From assembly GCA_051599415.1 (NCBI GenBank), contig AP039689.1, positions 558,001 through 622,000 on the forward strand: DNA of 64,000 nt, in the 5' to 3' direction. Position numbers and translations under genes: made by a program. Origin of the DNA: Savitreella phatthalungensis (lineage: Eukaryota). The notes beneath the pieces were generated by a model, which worked only from the letters and a program-made list of their open reading frames with translations, was not told the origin of the DNA and ran no database searches. This document shows, piece by piece, positions 18,329 through 29,343 of this stretch (its first letter is position 1; every line of letters starts with the position of its first letter).

Positions 18329-20473
18329 ATGATCGATCCGTATAAGCTTGAAGCTGGTCCGACGGACGGCATCCCTCGCATCGCAGACCAATTGCATAAG
18401 GAGCCAAATCGCGTTGTAAGCAGCTTGTGCTTCGAGGTGAAGTGCTGCTGCTGCAGTAACGGCAGCGAATCTCATTGCAAATCTTATGCCCACAACAGCG
18501 CAGCGATGTTGCAGCTGGAATGCGAGCTCAAGACTGCTGCGCGTTTGGGCCAGGAGATCCTAGAACGCCATGATAACTACGTCAAAGAGGCTGACCTCTT
18601 GCGCTCTCGCATGGCGGCCGAGCTAAGGCAGCAGAGAACTGCTGCTTGGAAGCTGAACGAAATGGAAACGAAAAACAGACTGCTTGAAGAACAGAATGCT
18701 CAAGCGATAGTCGAGAACTTGTCATTACTCAGAAGACTTCACGAACTCAACGGCTGTCTGATTTCGGCCGACACGCGTAATCAGGAGCTTCAGGCATCCC
18801 TGTCGACCGCGGAGGAAGCTGTGGCAGCTTTGTCAGATCACGCTGTAAAAGCCCATGAGCTCGAAGTGCGTATATGGCGCTTACAACAAGACAGTGACGA
18901 AGTCATGGCCAAGAATGTGACACTTCAGCAGGTGACGCGTGCTGCAGCCTCCGAACGGCACAAGGCCCGGCAGACTATTCGTGCTTTAGAGGCAGAGCTC
19001 CGAGCTCTTCGCCAGCAACAGCTCGGCCCGACCACACATTTCCTGGTACCAAACAAGACCTCACTGGATGTCTTGGCAACTCCAGGAGCAACAACGGTTT
19101 CGCTGTCCACATCCAGGCACGCAGCCCTTGACTCGAGTGTCAACAGCGGAGAGCTGCGGCAAAATTCGACGGTTGCTGAGAGCCCGACTTCGGACATCAA
19201 GGTGGAGCGGATTCACTTCTTGAAAGGTGGGTCGAAGATCCTGAAATCTAGTGAGCGTGCAGTGGTTACGTCGGATGAGCAAATATCGATCCTGGAATCA
19301 CCCTCCGAAAGCCGTTATCACAGTGGCCGGCGGATCAGTCGTCGGAACGGCGATTTCAGCCAAGCCGTGATCGATGATCGCAAGACACGACTGAAGAGGT
19401 GTTCCTCGAAGCATTCGATCCTTACCCCAACGAACGACGCTCACCAGAGAATTGGGCTCGCAAGTCCGCCATCCACTCTGCCCCATCTCAGACGCCATTC
19501 CGAAAGTTTCTCACCGTTCGTCCGAGTGGCTGAAACTGACGAACGCTTATCGCATGATGAGGTCATATCAAAAAGCGTGTGTGATAGACCTGAGGCGCAC
19601 AATTTAACCCCTACAGCGACCCTACGTCGGACGTATTGTGCGCAGAGTCCTTGTGAACTGCGTGCAGCGCTAGATTGCAGTAAGCGCATTAGCGCTTCGC
19701 TCAGCTCAGGTCAATGTGCATTTCTTACGCCTCCCAGAAGCTCGCTGCGGCCCGAGCTCATCAATATCGGTCCGTACCAGAACCAGGGATTTTCGAGGTC
19801 GCACGAATCTGTCCTGGTGCCAGTCGTATCGGATCATGTTGCAGAAAGCTGCGACCAAGCAGAATCGCCAGAGAAGTCCCGATTCGGGACACAAATCACA
19901 AGCACTTGCCGTGTGCAATATTCGAAGACGGCAGCGTCCGGCGCTGGGGTCCACCTGACGGCTGCATTGGCAATGACACGACCCGCCGGCGCATCATCAA
20001 TTTTCTCAGCGGCACAAACTGCTTCTGCGAGTTACGATATGCTGCTACATCATGCAACCATTAATGGGAGGCGTTGTTGTCGTAAAATCTGTCAGCCAGC
20101 GTTGCTCAATCAGGGCAGCAGCTTCGTAGACACCCCAGCCAATTTGCCCGCTACAACATCAGCGGCCGCTGCTCGGTATGTTGGCTGGAGCCGTTGCAGA
20201 GCAGCTTCACGAACCATAGAGGGCGATCGCTCCCAATACACTCCGAATGACGCGTTTACCAGGACCTGTGGCGGCCAAACATCAAGAGAAGAGACGTATG
20301 GAGTCAAACTATCTGGCTGGACTGGGCCTAGCCCAAAGCTTGATCGGGAAGCACAGAATCGCCTGCTCTCCTGCGTCCAGACACAATTAGTCAGGAATTC
20401 GAGCGCTTTACCCACCCAGCTGGGTGATATCGACAAGGAGGCTTTGACTGCTGCACTGAAGGAGGGTATCTGA
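18329..20473 (+). CDS. Uncharacterised coiled-coil protein with N-terminal Cys cluster and AAxxG (CC1-box-like) motif
   Basis: 714-aa ORF: CCCC..C, then ELKTAARLGQEILERH, about 170 aa of heptad-like helix, an S/T-rich disordered tail, and terminal DIDKEALTAALKE. Confidence 0.75.
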   Translation: MIDPYKLEAGPTDGIPRIADQLHKEPNRVVSSLCFEVKCCCCSNGSESHCKSYAHNSAAMLQLECELKTAARLGQEILERHDNYVKEADLLRSRMAAELRQQRTAAWKLNEMETKNRLLEEQNAQAIVENLSLLRRLHELNGCLISADTRNQELQASLSTAEEAVAALSDHAVKAHELEVRIWRLQQDSDEVMAKNVTLQQVTRAAASERHKARQTIRALEAELRALRQQQLGPTTHFLVPNKTSLDVLATPGATTVSLSTSRHAALDSSVNSGELRQNSTVAESPTSDIKVERIHFLKGGSKILKSSERAVVTSDEQISILESPSESRYHSGRRISRRNGDFSQAVIDDRKTRLKRCSSKHSILTPTNDAHQRIGLASPPSTLPHLRRHSESFSPFVRVAETDERLSHDEVISKSVCDRPEAHNLTPTATLRRTYCAQSPCELRAALDCSKRISASLSSGQCAFLTPPRSSLRPELINIGPYQNQGFSRSHESVLVPVVSDHVAESCDQAESPEKSRFGTQITSTCRVQYSKTAASGAGVHLTAALAMTRPAGASSIFSAAQTASASYDMLLHHATINGRRCCRKICQPALLNQGSSFVDTPANLPATTSAAAARYVGWSRCRAASRTIEGDRSQYTPNDAFTRTCGGQTSREETYGVKLSGWTGPSPKLDREAQNRLLSCVQTQLVRNSSALPTQLGDIDKEALTAALKEGI

Positions 20474-23400
20474 CATCTCATCGCGACTCGACCGTGCTCA
20501 GGCTCTCGCGATGGCAATTTGGACAATGTATACTCAGGCCTTCGTGACGTTTTGGGACGAAGGGCGGTAGAACGAGTGGTCAAACGACATGTATGCTTGG
20601 AAAAGTGTCAGCTGAAAGTCGACCTTGATTGCTCATCTGACGGCAACGCTTCCATATTGCTGGAAGGCCTGCCCATGCGGCGTTATACCTCGAAGTGCAT
20701 TCCGAGTGTGGGTCGTCAGACATACTGTACATACGAGCTCGCGCTCGATGGTTCACTCGTGTAGTTTCGTGGCTCGGAGACGCGCACGTTTACATGTAAG
20801 CATGTCGGCTTAGCCGCATTCTTTGTGTACACCGAACATGAGAATGGAACTGATAGTTCAGCTCATCCATAGAGAAGTCTTGCCACCGTGCCATGCTGAT
20901 GACCACCCACATGGATAACGACATGACTCTCGTTCGACACAATGCATTGATTAGCCAAATCTGAGCCCTCATCCTGCGAATGCAGGCGACAGCGCGAAAT
21001 TGGACAAACGGTATCTAGCTAGCTCGTCAGAAGGACAAAATTTTGTCATCAAAGCGATGATAGATGAAAGCCAATTTCTATGGATGGCTGTCGTGCAAAT
21101 TCGCATGCCGGTCAGCGACAGTTGGTCACTTGCATATGTAAACCCATATAGATACCCTGCGTCATTTGCGGAGAAAGACTGGGAATCACTCAGCGCTTGT
21201 TTGATCGCGTCTTGAAGGCTGAGCTTCAGCCCAGGTGTCGTCAATCGAGGTTGCAATCATTCTAAATGCTCGGCCAAGGCTTCAGAAATAACGGGTTCAA
21301 TGCAGTGACACTGCATCGCAATCGATTATCAAACATATGACAGATGTGTTGCGAACGACCAATCCTCTTTTGACATGCCTCGACAATATAATAGCTCTCG
21401 CATTTCGTCGTTTCAGCCTGCGCAAGGCTATGATGTGAGAACAACCTCGGATTGCGGATTTGACGGCTTCGCGGTAGGTTTTGAGCTCAATTTGTAGCCT
21501 ACCACAGATCGAATACTATCTGTTTGCTCTCATCATACAGATGTCGAAACGCCTCTTCCGCGCAATTGCACTTGAAAGCGAAATCTTTTCCTAGGTAGTA
21601 CCCCAAGGCCAAAAGTTTTTACCACTATCGTAATTATCAATGAAGACCGATAAGTCAATAGACGCAGCTTCAGGTGACGGTCACGCGCATCATTGTCTGT
21701 AATCCATGTTGATCCGCCTGAGCGGGCACAGAGCTTTGAATTATGATAACGATGTTAGCCAGGCCCGTCTCAGCGTGGAGTTCTAGCTTTGAGGATTTAC
21801 AAAATAGCGCATAAAGTTGCTCTCCTGCAACTATTTCCTATAGCTCATATCACTACCGCCGGCTGCAAGAAAGAGTGAATCCCCACTTGATACCCTTGAC
21901 TGTGTCTCAAGGGAGCCGCCATGGAACAGAGTATTGCATGACTGGCTCTCGAAGACCCGTTAGTGTATCTAGGCGTGTGTACCAAATCTGATGCGTATTG
22001 ATACATACCTAAAGTTTTGCAAGGCCGGGAAAAGAGCTCAATATCTGACGAGCCTTGGAGACGTCTCAACGACGCCGGAACAGGTCACGGCGAAAGGTCG
22101 ATCTGTCAGCTGCATGTCGATGTCAAAAAATTCTAATATGCCTGTCTCGCAGACCATTTCCGAAAGCAGCTACCGAGCAGGTAGCCAATCGAGAAGGGAG
22201 CTTCCCGACTTGCGCGACTGTCGCATCAGCAGGCAATTCAATTGGTTCAGCATATGCATACATTCTCCGGTTTTGATTGGACGAACTGTCGTTTTGAGAG
22301 CAGCATATCACTGATCCGCAAGCTACAGTCTTTCGGATCTCGCTCTCTTTCCTACCAGGAAGGCCAGCAGCAACGGAATCAGACAATGGAGATAGACCAC
22401 ATCTTCGGACGATTACCCAGTCACCATCGTTTCGCAAATCCAGTACAGTTGCAGAGGATGATCGTCAGGATGGACCAGCAAGGGTGCATCCTCAACAGAA
22501 TAGATTGACTCGGGCAAAATGCCCACGTGCTCTTAAGATGTTGCGATTTCTCGGCCTGAAGTAGCGCAGGCATCAAGACGCACGACCATGCTTGTGAAGG
22601 ACAGAAGGCATGACTTGCAAAATAGCACGGTGCCGTGCGAGGGTGATAAAACATGCTACGGCAGACGAGCAAGATGCCTCTCTCTATGGTTCGTTGCGCC
22701 TTTCCTGAACCTCGGATTTGGACCTGGCCAAGACGACGATCGAAGCCGCTTGTATCACTATAGGTCGGTGACGTGCTCGTCGGACAAATTGACTTCGCAG
22801 CTCATGAATAAACATGATAGATAGCTTCTCTCGCTGCCTTGCAGGAGGCGTGGAGCCCGGTCAGCCGCTGGACGGCCGAGTTGGGCCAGAGCAAAAGAGC
22901 AGGCGAGACTGTTTAAGGCCGTACACGGCGTCGATTTTCGAGACAGCCGTATCCTAAATCTACCAGAGCAAAATTCTATCCTTTGGTTGATTCACATCTG
23001 GTTTGTGTCGCGCTCAGATCCTTACAAAATTGTGTATGGTTGAACAGGATGATATCTAGGAAAGGACGACGACTCCCGACAGGCTTTAACTTGCAGATTG
23101 CGTCGAGATCTCTGAATATCTCTGAATACGCTCTGTTGGGGGAGTGACGCACAAACCGGAGCATTGGCAATGTGTGGTCAGTCGGAAAGCTTCGGCTCCA
23201 GGTGATTGGCAACCTTGGATCTACAGTCATCCAGTTGCTGGGAATGTATGTTTCAGCACATTGCAATTTTTCTGATGTTGCGTTCACTGGATTTTGGTTC
23301 GACAACTCGCAACTCTGGGAACTTCGGTGTTCAATTTCCGTCAGCACTGTGACCCCATGTAGAAGAACAATAAGTGAGCCCTGACCCAGTGCGAAGAAAT

Positions 23401-24068
23401 TTGCTTACAGTCGCGTTCATTGGGATCTGCTTAATAAATCCACTCCGGTCTGTAGAAAGCTCCGACCGAGAGTTTCTTTCGTGGTTACCCTTCTGGTGGC
23501 TGACCACGATCCTGGCCTTACATAGATATCCTAGCCGCGATTGCCGAGTCAAAGGTGTGGCTGAAAAGGGCTTTGCTGGTCTTGATTGAGCAAGTAATCT
23601 GAGGCCCTAGGAGTGAACATGTGTGAAGGAAACAGGTTGCAGATTGTCGTGTTCCAATGTCATGCAGCTACTCTTCTCGCGCAGCCTAGGTTTCACGAGG
23701 AGGAGGATAGGCAGGGATTCAGGAAAGCGCTGGCATGCTCTTCTGGAAAACATCGAGCGACCACCAGACTTTATCAGGGTTTGCGCGACCACGCACGTAG
23801 GACAAGCACGAGTTCTCAAAGTGCTTTCATGCCCTCAACTGTCCACATTGCTGCGACGCTCCGGTCAGCACCGTCTTTCAATTGATCAAAGGACAGTCAC
23901 ACTCGCCAATACCCACTGATTGCGCGTCGCGCTTGACGAGCGCGAATCCGATAACGCCGACCGATTGCTGACCATCTTGAACGAGCCTTCGCGCATCATT
24001 CAGCAATCCTTCAGACAAATCTTTTTTCCACGCTTGATCACCCATTGGTAGTCATTTCATCGTCTTCA

Positions 24069-25634
24069 ATGATGTCCTCGGATCCTTGGAGCATGCAACC
24101 CATCTATCACCGTGCTATGCACTACAGTCCAACGATGGGCGACCTCGACCTGGATCCTCCACGCACCCGTATAGCTGTCGCCTGCAATCGTTGCCGACGC
24201 CGGAAAATCAAGTGTTCCGGCGCTCCGGAGGGCGGCTCGTGCGAAGGTTGTATTAGGGCAAACGATGCGGAGTGTGTGTTTGCGGATCGGCCTCAGCGAC
24301 CGACGCCGCCAGAAGGGTCCCCGATGGGCAGCTCGCCGCTTGGCTTGATGCAGCCAGCTGGTTTGCTTGGTAATGTGTCGCGTTCGACATCCTTCAGTAA
24401 CTCAACTCGGCGGTCATTTGTGGCTGCACCGCCACTGAGATCGTCGATATCGACCGTCGATTCTCGTTCCAGCTCGTTCTCTCTTTCACCACCACGTACG
24501 GCCTCCGGCATCGGATCAAGCAACCTCAACTTCATCAACAACGGCAGTCCCCATCTGCTGTCTGGCCCTGCGCGGCATGCAGCTGTCATGGGTTCCCCAA
24601 CATTTACAGGCAACAAGAGACCAGGGTCCCTTCCGGCATCGATGCATCCTTATCAGCGACCAAGTTCTGTCAACAGCATGCGCAATCGATCGATGGGCGA
24701 TATCGCTGTGGCTCGCTATTCGCAGTCCCTGATTCAGGCTCAGGCGCAGCAACTAAGCGGGAGGCATAATCTGGCACGTCTATCAATCCCAACGAGCGTC
24801 CCAAATTCGCATACGGTGGGCTATCCTTTGACAGTACCAGCATCGCAGCAGAGTTTCAATATCACTGGAAACGGGTATGGTCCACTATCGTCTCCGACAG
24901 GCATCAATCCTCCAATGTCTGCACCTGCTTTCAGGAGGCCGGATTATTCTCAACATGCTTCATCTACTGGCGGATCGTATACCTCATCGTTAGGTGGGCC
25001 CGGCGAAGTAGACCATATCGGTCTATCCCGGGCACAGACCGCGTCTCCGGACTACAATGGGCAGTCACCCGTTTTTGCACCAGATTTTTATTCACTATCG
25101 ACGCCAGATCTCCAATCTTCGCTAGATCCATCGGGAGGAAACCATGGAATTCCACCGCCCGAGCCACTAGGCTCTCTTATGATGCACAGCACGCACAACA
25201 CATCAGCAATGTCTTTGCCGAGTATGATCAGCACAAGCTCAACTTTGCGGAATGCGTCACAGCATAGCTCCAGCGGTTGGTACGACTATCCTGGATCCGG
25301 TATTGACCCCACACATCCAACCAGCGTGACTGCCGGGAAGACCTTTAGCTTTGCAGCCGGTGGCAACACGGCCGCCGGTGAGTCTTCACAGTGGACACCC
25401 GGCGTAGAGAAGATGAAACAATTCATCGATTTCGGCGATGGTGCAAGTCCTCAATCAATGCATGCGGGGAGCATTTCCTTTACACAAGTTATGTCCAATG
25501 GCACGAATGGCGCTGGCAGAGCTGCAGTAGACACACAGCAGTCATCACTCCTGCCGTCATCCAGCGACCAGCTGCCTCAGAATCCGCATTTGCAGAATCA
25601 GCACCAGCAACGTCGTCAACGACAAGAACGATAA
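24069..25634 (+). CDS. Zn(II)2Cys6 transcription factor
   Basis: ACNRCRRRKIKCSGAPEGGSCEGCIRANDAECVF (C-x2-C-x6-C-x8-C-x2-C-x7-C) followed by an S/P/G-rich region. First ATG is at 24069. Confidence 0.93.
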   Translation: MMSSDPWSMQPIYHRAMHYSPTMGDLDLDPPRTRIAVACNRCRRRKIKCSGAPEGGSCEGCIRANDAECVFADRPQRPTPPEGSPMGSSPLGLMQPAGLLGNVSRSTSFSNSTRRSFVAAPPLRSSISTVDSRSSSFSLSPPRTASGIGSSNLNFINNGSPHLLSGPARHAAVMGSPTFTGNKRPGSLPASMHPYQRPSSVNSMRNRSMGDIAVARYSQSLIQAQAQQLSGRHNLARLSIPTSVPNSHTVGYPLTVPASQQSFNITGNGYGPLSSPTGINPPMSAPAFRRPDYSQHASSTGGSYTSSLGGPGEVDHIGLSRAQTASPDYNGQSPVFAPDFYSLSTPDLQSSLDPSGGNHGIPPPEPLGSLMMHSTHNTSAMSLPSMISTSSTLRNASQHSSSGWYDYPGSGIDPTHPTSVTAGKTFSFAAGGNTAAGESSQWTPGVEKMKQFIDFGDGASPQSMHAGSISFTQVMSNGTNGAGRAAVDTQQSSLLPSSSDQLPQNPHLQNQHQQRRQRQER

Positions 25635-25815
25635 CAGCAGCAGCAGCAGCAGTAGCTTCTTCAGATGAGACGCACATCGGTTCTTCCGCATTGGACCATC
25701 CCCGAACCAGAGTGGAAATTGTGCACACCTGCCCGCCTGGAATGCTGTTCGATATCTTTGTACATTAATGTCATAGCAATACGCGCCGCTAGGTGGCTGA
25801 ATGCATCTCGGCATT

Positions 25816-27465
25816 TCATTGCATGCCGGCTGAAGCAGACGATGTTGTCTTGCCTTTACGACCACGCTTGTGTGGTGCATCACGACCTGCGTTGAGTCGC
25901 AGCCGATTCTCAGACACCGGCCTCGGAACATGCGGGCTGTCTTGAATCGCGACGTCCTTCACCGCAGCCGCGAACATGTCAGCGTCGTCGCCACTGTCGT
26001 CTGCATGATGGGCTGCCATCGTGGATGCACGATCGGTCGTTGACGAAATCGCACATTTGACAACATTCGACACTGATCTTTCGACCTCGACTGTGCGGCG
26101 TTGGGTTTCAGCGGACTGTCCCTCGACAACTTCCGAGCGCTCCAAGGCGCTGGCAGCAGACGCTCTTCGGGGACGATCTGCTGTGCTGCCTTGCGCTGCA
26201 GGGTATATGGAAGACGATTGACGTGAGCTGTCAGGAGTGTCACCGTTTTCACGTTCCTCTTGCCGCACGTACGACTTTGTGTCACGTTGGAGCCCATTCT
26301 GCTGCCCATCCACTTTTGACGCCTCACCTTGTTTTATCTCTCGCTCTGCTTTCGACCCTTTCGACCGCTTGGTCGCTTTGCGTGGCCGGACAAGCTCGTG
26401 TGTTTGGCGGTCTGACTGCGTTTCTGTGTCCACAGACGGATGGCCAATCAGGGCAACCGAGTTCTGTACATCATTGAATTCAAGCGGTTGCAACTGTGCG
26501 CTTGAGTCTGCACGTGCCTGCGACCCTCTAGCGGAGCGATTGTTGACGCTATCGGGGTTGCCAGATGCCCCGGACTGGATCATATCGACGGAGAGAAGAG
26601 AGCCTTCCACGCTGATGATATTGTCGCCCTTACGCACATCGGATGTGACGAAGGAAACAAGGGAACCGTTTTCGACTTTTTGCCCTGTCCCAGTACGCCA
26701 ATATCCGAGGGCAGGATCGTCAGAAGCTTGTTCAGTGATATCGTCGGCAGTCGCCCTAGACATTTGTGTACTTGCGTCACCGCAATCGAAGAAAGTCCAG
26801 TCTTGGGGAATGTTCTTTCGCGGTATACTCGCATTGAAGGTATTGAGAATGAGCAAGCCTATGTGCGACGGACCCATAAGTGTAACCCGACCTTTCATAT
26901 GCACACCACGTCGTGGCCGCCAAGCAGCTGCCATAAAGGTCGCTTCCGTCATGGCGAAGGGCGACTCTCCATGTATCAAAGCGGGTGCGCCTTGAAATTG
27001 AGCGTCAGACCAGCCCATGAGGATACCTTGGGCTTGTGGTAAATAAGTCAAGAGCAGGTCGTCAAGCTGCTTATGTACGCCCCTCAAGGGGCTCTGTAGG
27101 TCAGACGGAGCGATCCAGAGCCTCAGAGAAAGCCTTCTGACTGTGAAAGCTGCCTTCTCTTCCGGCGTCAAGCTCACAAATACAGGCGACTGTAGGACGT
27201 TTTTCAAATTGGGCTTGGCTCGCGCCTCGCCGTCCTGCTTATTGAGCTCGGTTGACGTTGAAGCTGTCAATAGAGGCGAAACGTCGTGCTCATGAGCTTG
27301 TATGCGCGCGGGTTCGTGAGATTCAGAGACTCGAGAACAACCGGCTTTCACGGCATCCAGCGAGGCAGCCTGTTGGTCACGAACTTCTTGGTGTGCATGC
27401 TTGCGCTTCTTCGGGGGTTTGCCAGTGGCGGCAGAAGAACTGATCGGAGCATCTCGCTTGCCCAT
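25816..27465 (-). CDS. RPA43: RNA polymerase I subunit A43 with long C-terminal extension
   Basis: LLLTYLPQAQGILMGW, ESPFA, WRPRRG..GRVTLMGPSHIGLLILNTFNASIP. Probable start is MGKRDAP at 27465; the ORF is open to 27639. Confidence 0.88.
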   Translation of the reverse strand: MGKRDAPISSSAATGKPPKKRKHAHQEVRDQQAASLDAVKAGCSRVSESHEPARIQAHEHDVSPLLTASTSTELNKQDGEARAKPNLKNVLQSPVFVSLTPEEKAAFTVRRLSLRLWIAPSDLQSPLRGVHKQLDDLLLTYLPQAQGILMGWSDAQFQGAPALIHGESPFAMTEATFMAAAWRPRRGVHMKGRVTLMGPSHIGLLILNTFNASIPRKNIPQDWTFFDCGDASTQMSRATADDITEQASDDPALGYWRTGTGQKVENGSLVSFVTSDVRKGDNIISVEGSLLSVDMIQSGASGNPDSVNNRSARGSQARADSSAQLQPLEFNDVQNSVALIGHPSVDTETQSDRQTHELVRPRKATKRSKGSKAEREIKQGEASKVDGQQNGLQRDTKSYVRQEERENGDTPDSSRQSSSIYPAAQGSTADRPRRASAASALERSEVVEGQSAETQRRTVEVERSVSNVVKCAISSTTDRASTMAAHHADDSGDDADMFAAAVKDVAIQDSPHVPRPVSENRLRLNAGRDAPHKRGRKGKTTSSASAGMQ

Positions 27466-28368
27466 CGCGCACAGGCTTCCGTTAACTCTCTGACTGATCA
27501 ACTTGACGACGATGCCAGCTTTCGAATTGACACGGTCCGTCGGGCACACCTCGAATATCGTGCCTGAGCTCACTTCGAGCCCGAATAACGGGTGAACCTG
27601 AACCCTGTGAATGCACGCACTATATGTCCATGTCTTCAATGATTCGCGGCTGCATCGATCGTTTGATAGTTCAAATTAATGATTCGATATCGAATGCACT
27701 TTATAGTGTAATAACAATTGTTGCATATGTGTATGGAATCGAGGCTTGCCAGAGCAGGCTGGAACTTGCGAAGTGGAATTCTGAATTGAGTACCATTTCA
27801 ACTTTATAGACACAACGTCGATTGATATTTGGTTTTGACAGAACCTGAAGTTGGAATTTTGATATCGATCGGTATGATAATTTTGCATCATCTTCTCTCA
27901 CTGGCCATGCAGGAGATCAATCGATCAAAAGTATATACTGCGTGGACTTTTGATGCCATAAGTCTGATAGATGGGTTAATCATATATGAATCTACATCCA
28001 ATTCATCGTCCGGATCCTGCATACAAATGACAGCGTGATGCACAAACTAATGCACAGCATGTGCATAGATATACTGTATGTGTGGAGTTCCGCGGATATG
28101 AGCGCATTAGCAGGCGGAGTCTTAGGCTCCTGTTATTTGATCACAAACAGTTTGATCTTGACATGGCATTTGCTCGGCACGGATGATTTGAAGCTGATCT
28201 GATACTTTTGCTCAGAGTCGTCCATGCGGAGCATATTGCAACCTCACACAATGCCTATTGAATTCCAAGGTCAAAGTGGCCACGCCTAGCTGATTCGTTT
28301 CAGTACAGTATCTATAGGTCGTGCGATTCATTCACGATTCTCTCACCGAAGGATTCTGTCGTGGACGC

Positions 28369-29343
28369 ATGTCGCAACTGGCGGCTCTCGCCGCCTGGTC
28401 GATTCTACCCAATCTCATAGCCAATGCCGTCCATGCCGTTCTCCTCAAGACCTTTCCACACCTGATGTCCCACGCGCGAGCTGGGACGCTGCGGCATAAC
28501 AAACAGCGGCAATGGATTTACGTCGGCATTATAATAACGTATCTGGCACACAATTTGTATCAGGTCAGCACAAGTCGAGGGTCGAACTTCTACCAGTTGC
28601 TTGGCATCTTGCCGTATACCGCAGCGGATGAGAGAGTGCTACGCACAGCCTTTCGACGAATGTCTGCCCTTCACCACCCGGACAGACCGACTGGTGACGA
28701 TGGCCAATTTCGGCTGGTGCGATCCGCGTATGATACGTTGTCGGATCCGGTGCGCCGCTTTGCATACGATCGATTTGGACCGAGCACTTTACGATGGTCG
28801 ATTGCAGCCGATAGATCAGCCGTGCTGCGTCGTGGCCTGCGCGAGTGCGTCCCATGGTACGTCGGCACCTTTTTGATCATCTTTGGCCTCGGATGGTTGC
28901 GTTCTACAAGCGGGCAAACCTTTTACTGGCGGACCTTGATTTTCGTTGGCCTAGCGGCCTTGCACTACTCTTCTGTTGCGGGCTGTACAATGCTTCCCTG
29001 GCTCGACTTGCCGTTCGAACGAAGCAGAGCGTTGTTCGAGACAATCGAGATCGCGCAATCTTTGACATCCACAGCATTAGTAGCAATTGGTCAGATTGGA
29101 CCCGTACTTTCAAGCCTGGCAAATCAAGAGCTTGGAGAATCATATCATCTCGGCGAATTGGGTTCGCTGGCTTACATAGCTGCCATGGAGGCTGAGCAGA
29201 CAAAGCAACTTGTCAGAGTGCCATTCACAGCAACGTCGACCGCCGGAGAAGATGTGATTGAGAAGACTAGCAACTGGATCATCAAGTCTCGCATCGAGAC
29301 TGCTCCAGAAGTCAAGGAACTATTGCGAGACGCTCACAGCTGA
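28369..29343 (+). CDS. Membrane-associated J-domain (DnaJ) protein
   Basis: NFYQLLGI..AFRRMSALHHPDR..AYDTLSDPVRRFAYDRFG flanked by hydrophobic segments. Confidence 0.9.
   Translation: MSQLAALAAWSILPNLIANAVHAVLLKTFPHLMSHARAGTLRHNKQRQWIYVGIIITYLAHNLYQVSTSRGSNFYQLLGILPYTAADERVLRTAFRRMSALHHPDRPTGDDGQFRLVRSAYDTLSDPVRRFAYDRFGPSTLRWSIAADRSAVLRRGLRECVPWYVGTFLIIFGLGWLRSTSGQTFYWRTLIFVGLAALHYSSVAGCTMLPWLDLPFERSRALFETIEIAQSLTSTALVAIGQIGPVLSSLANQELGESYHLGELGSLAYIAAMEAEQTKQLVRVPFTATSTAGEDVIEKTSNWIIKSRIETAPEVKELLRDAHS

Noticed and set aside
26237..26995. Long antisense or alternate-frame ORFs (this one, 44036..44680, 43254..43781, 61063..61599 and similar)
   Set aside because: These are shadows of real genes in GC-rich coding DNA, with no motifs of their own.
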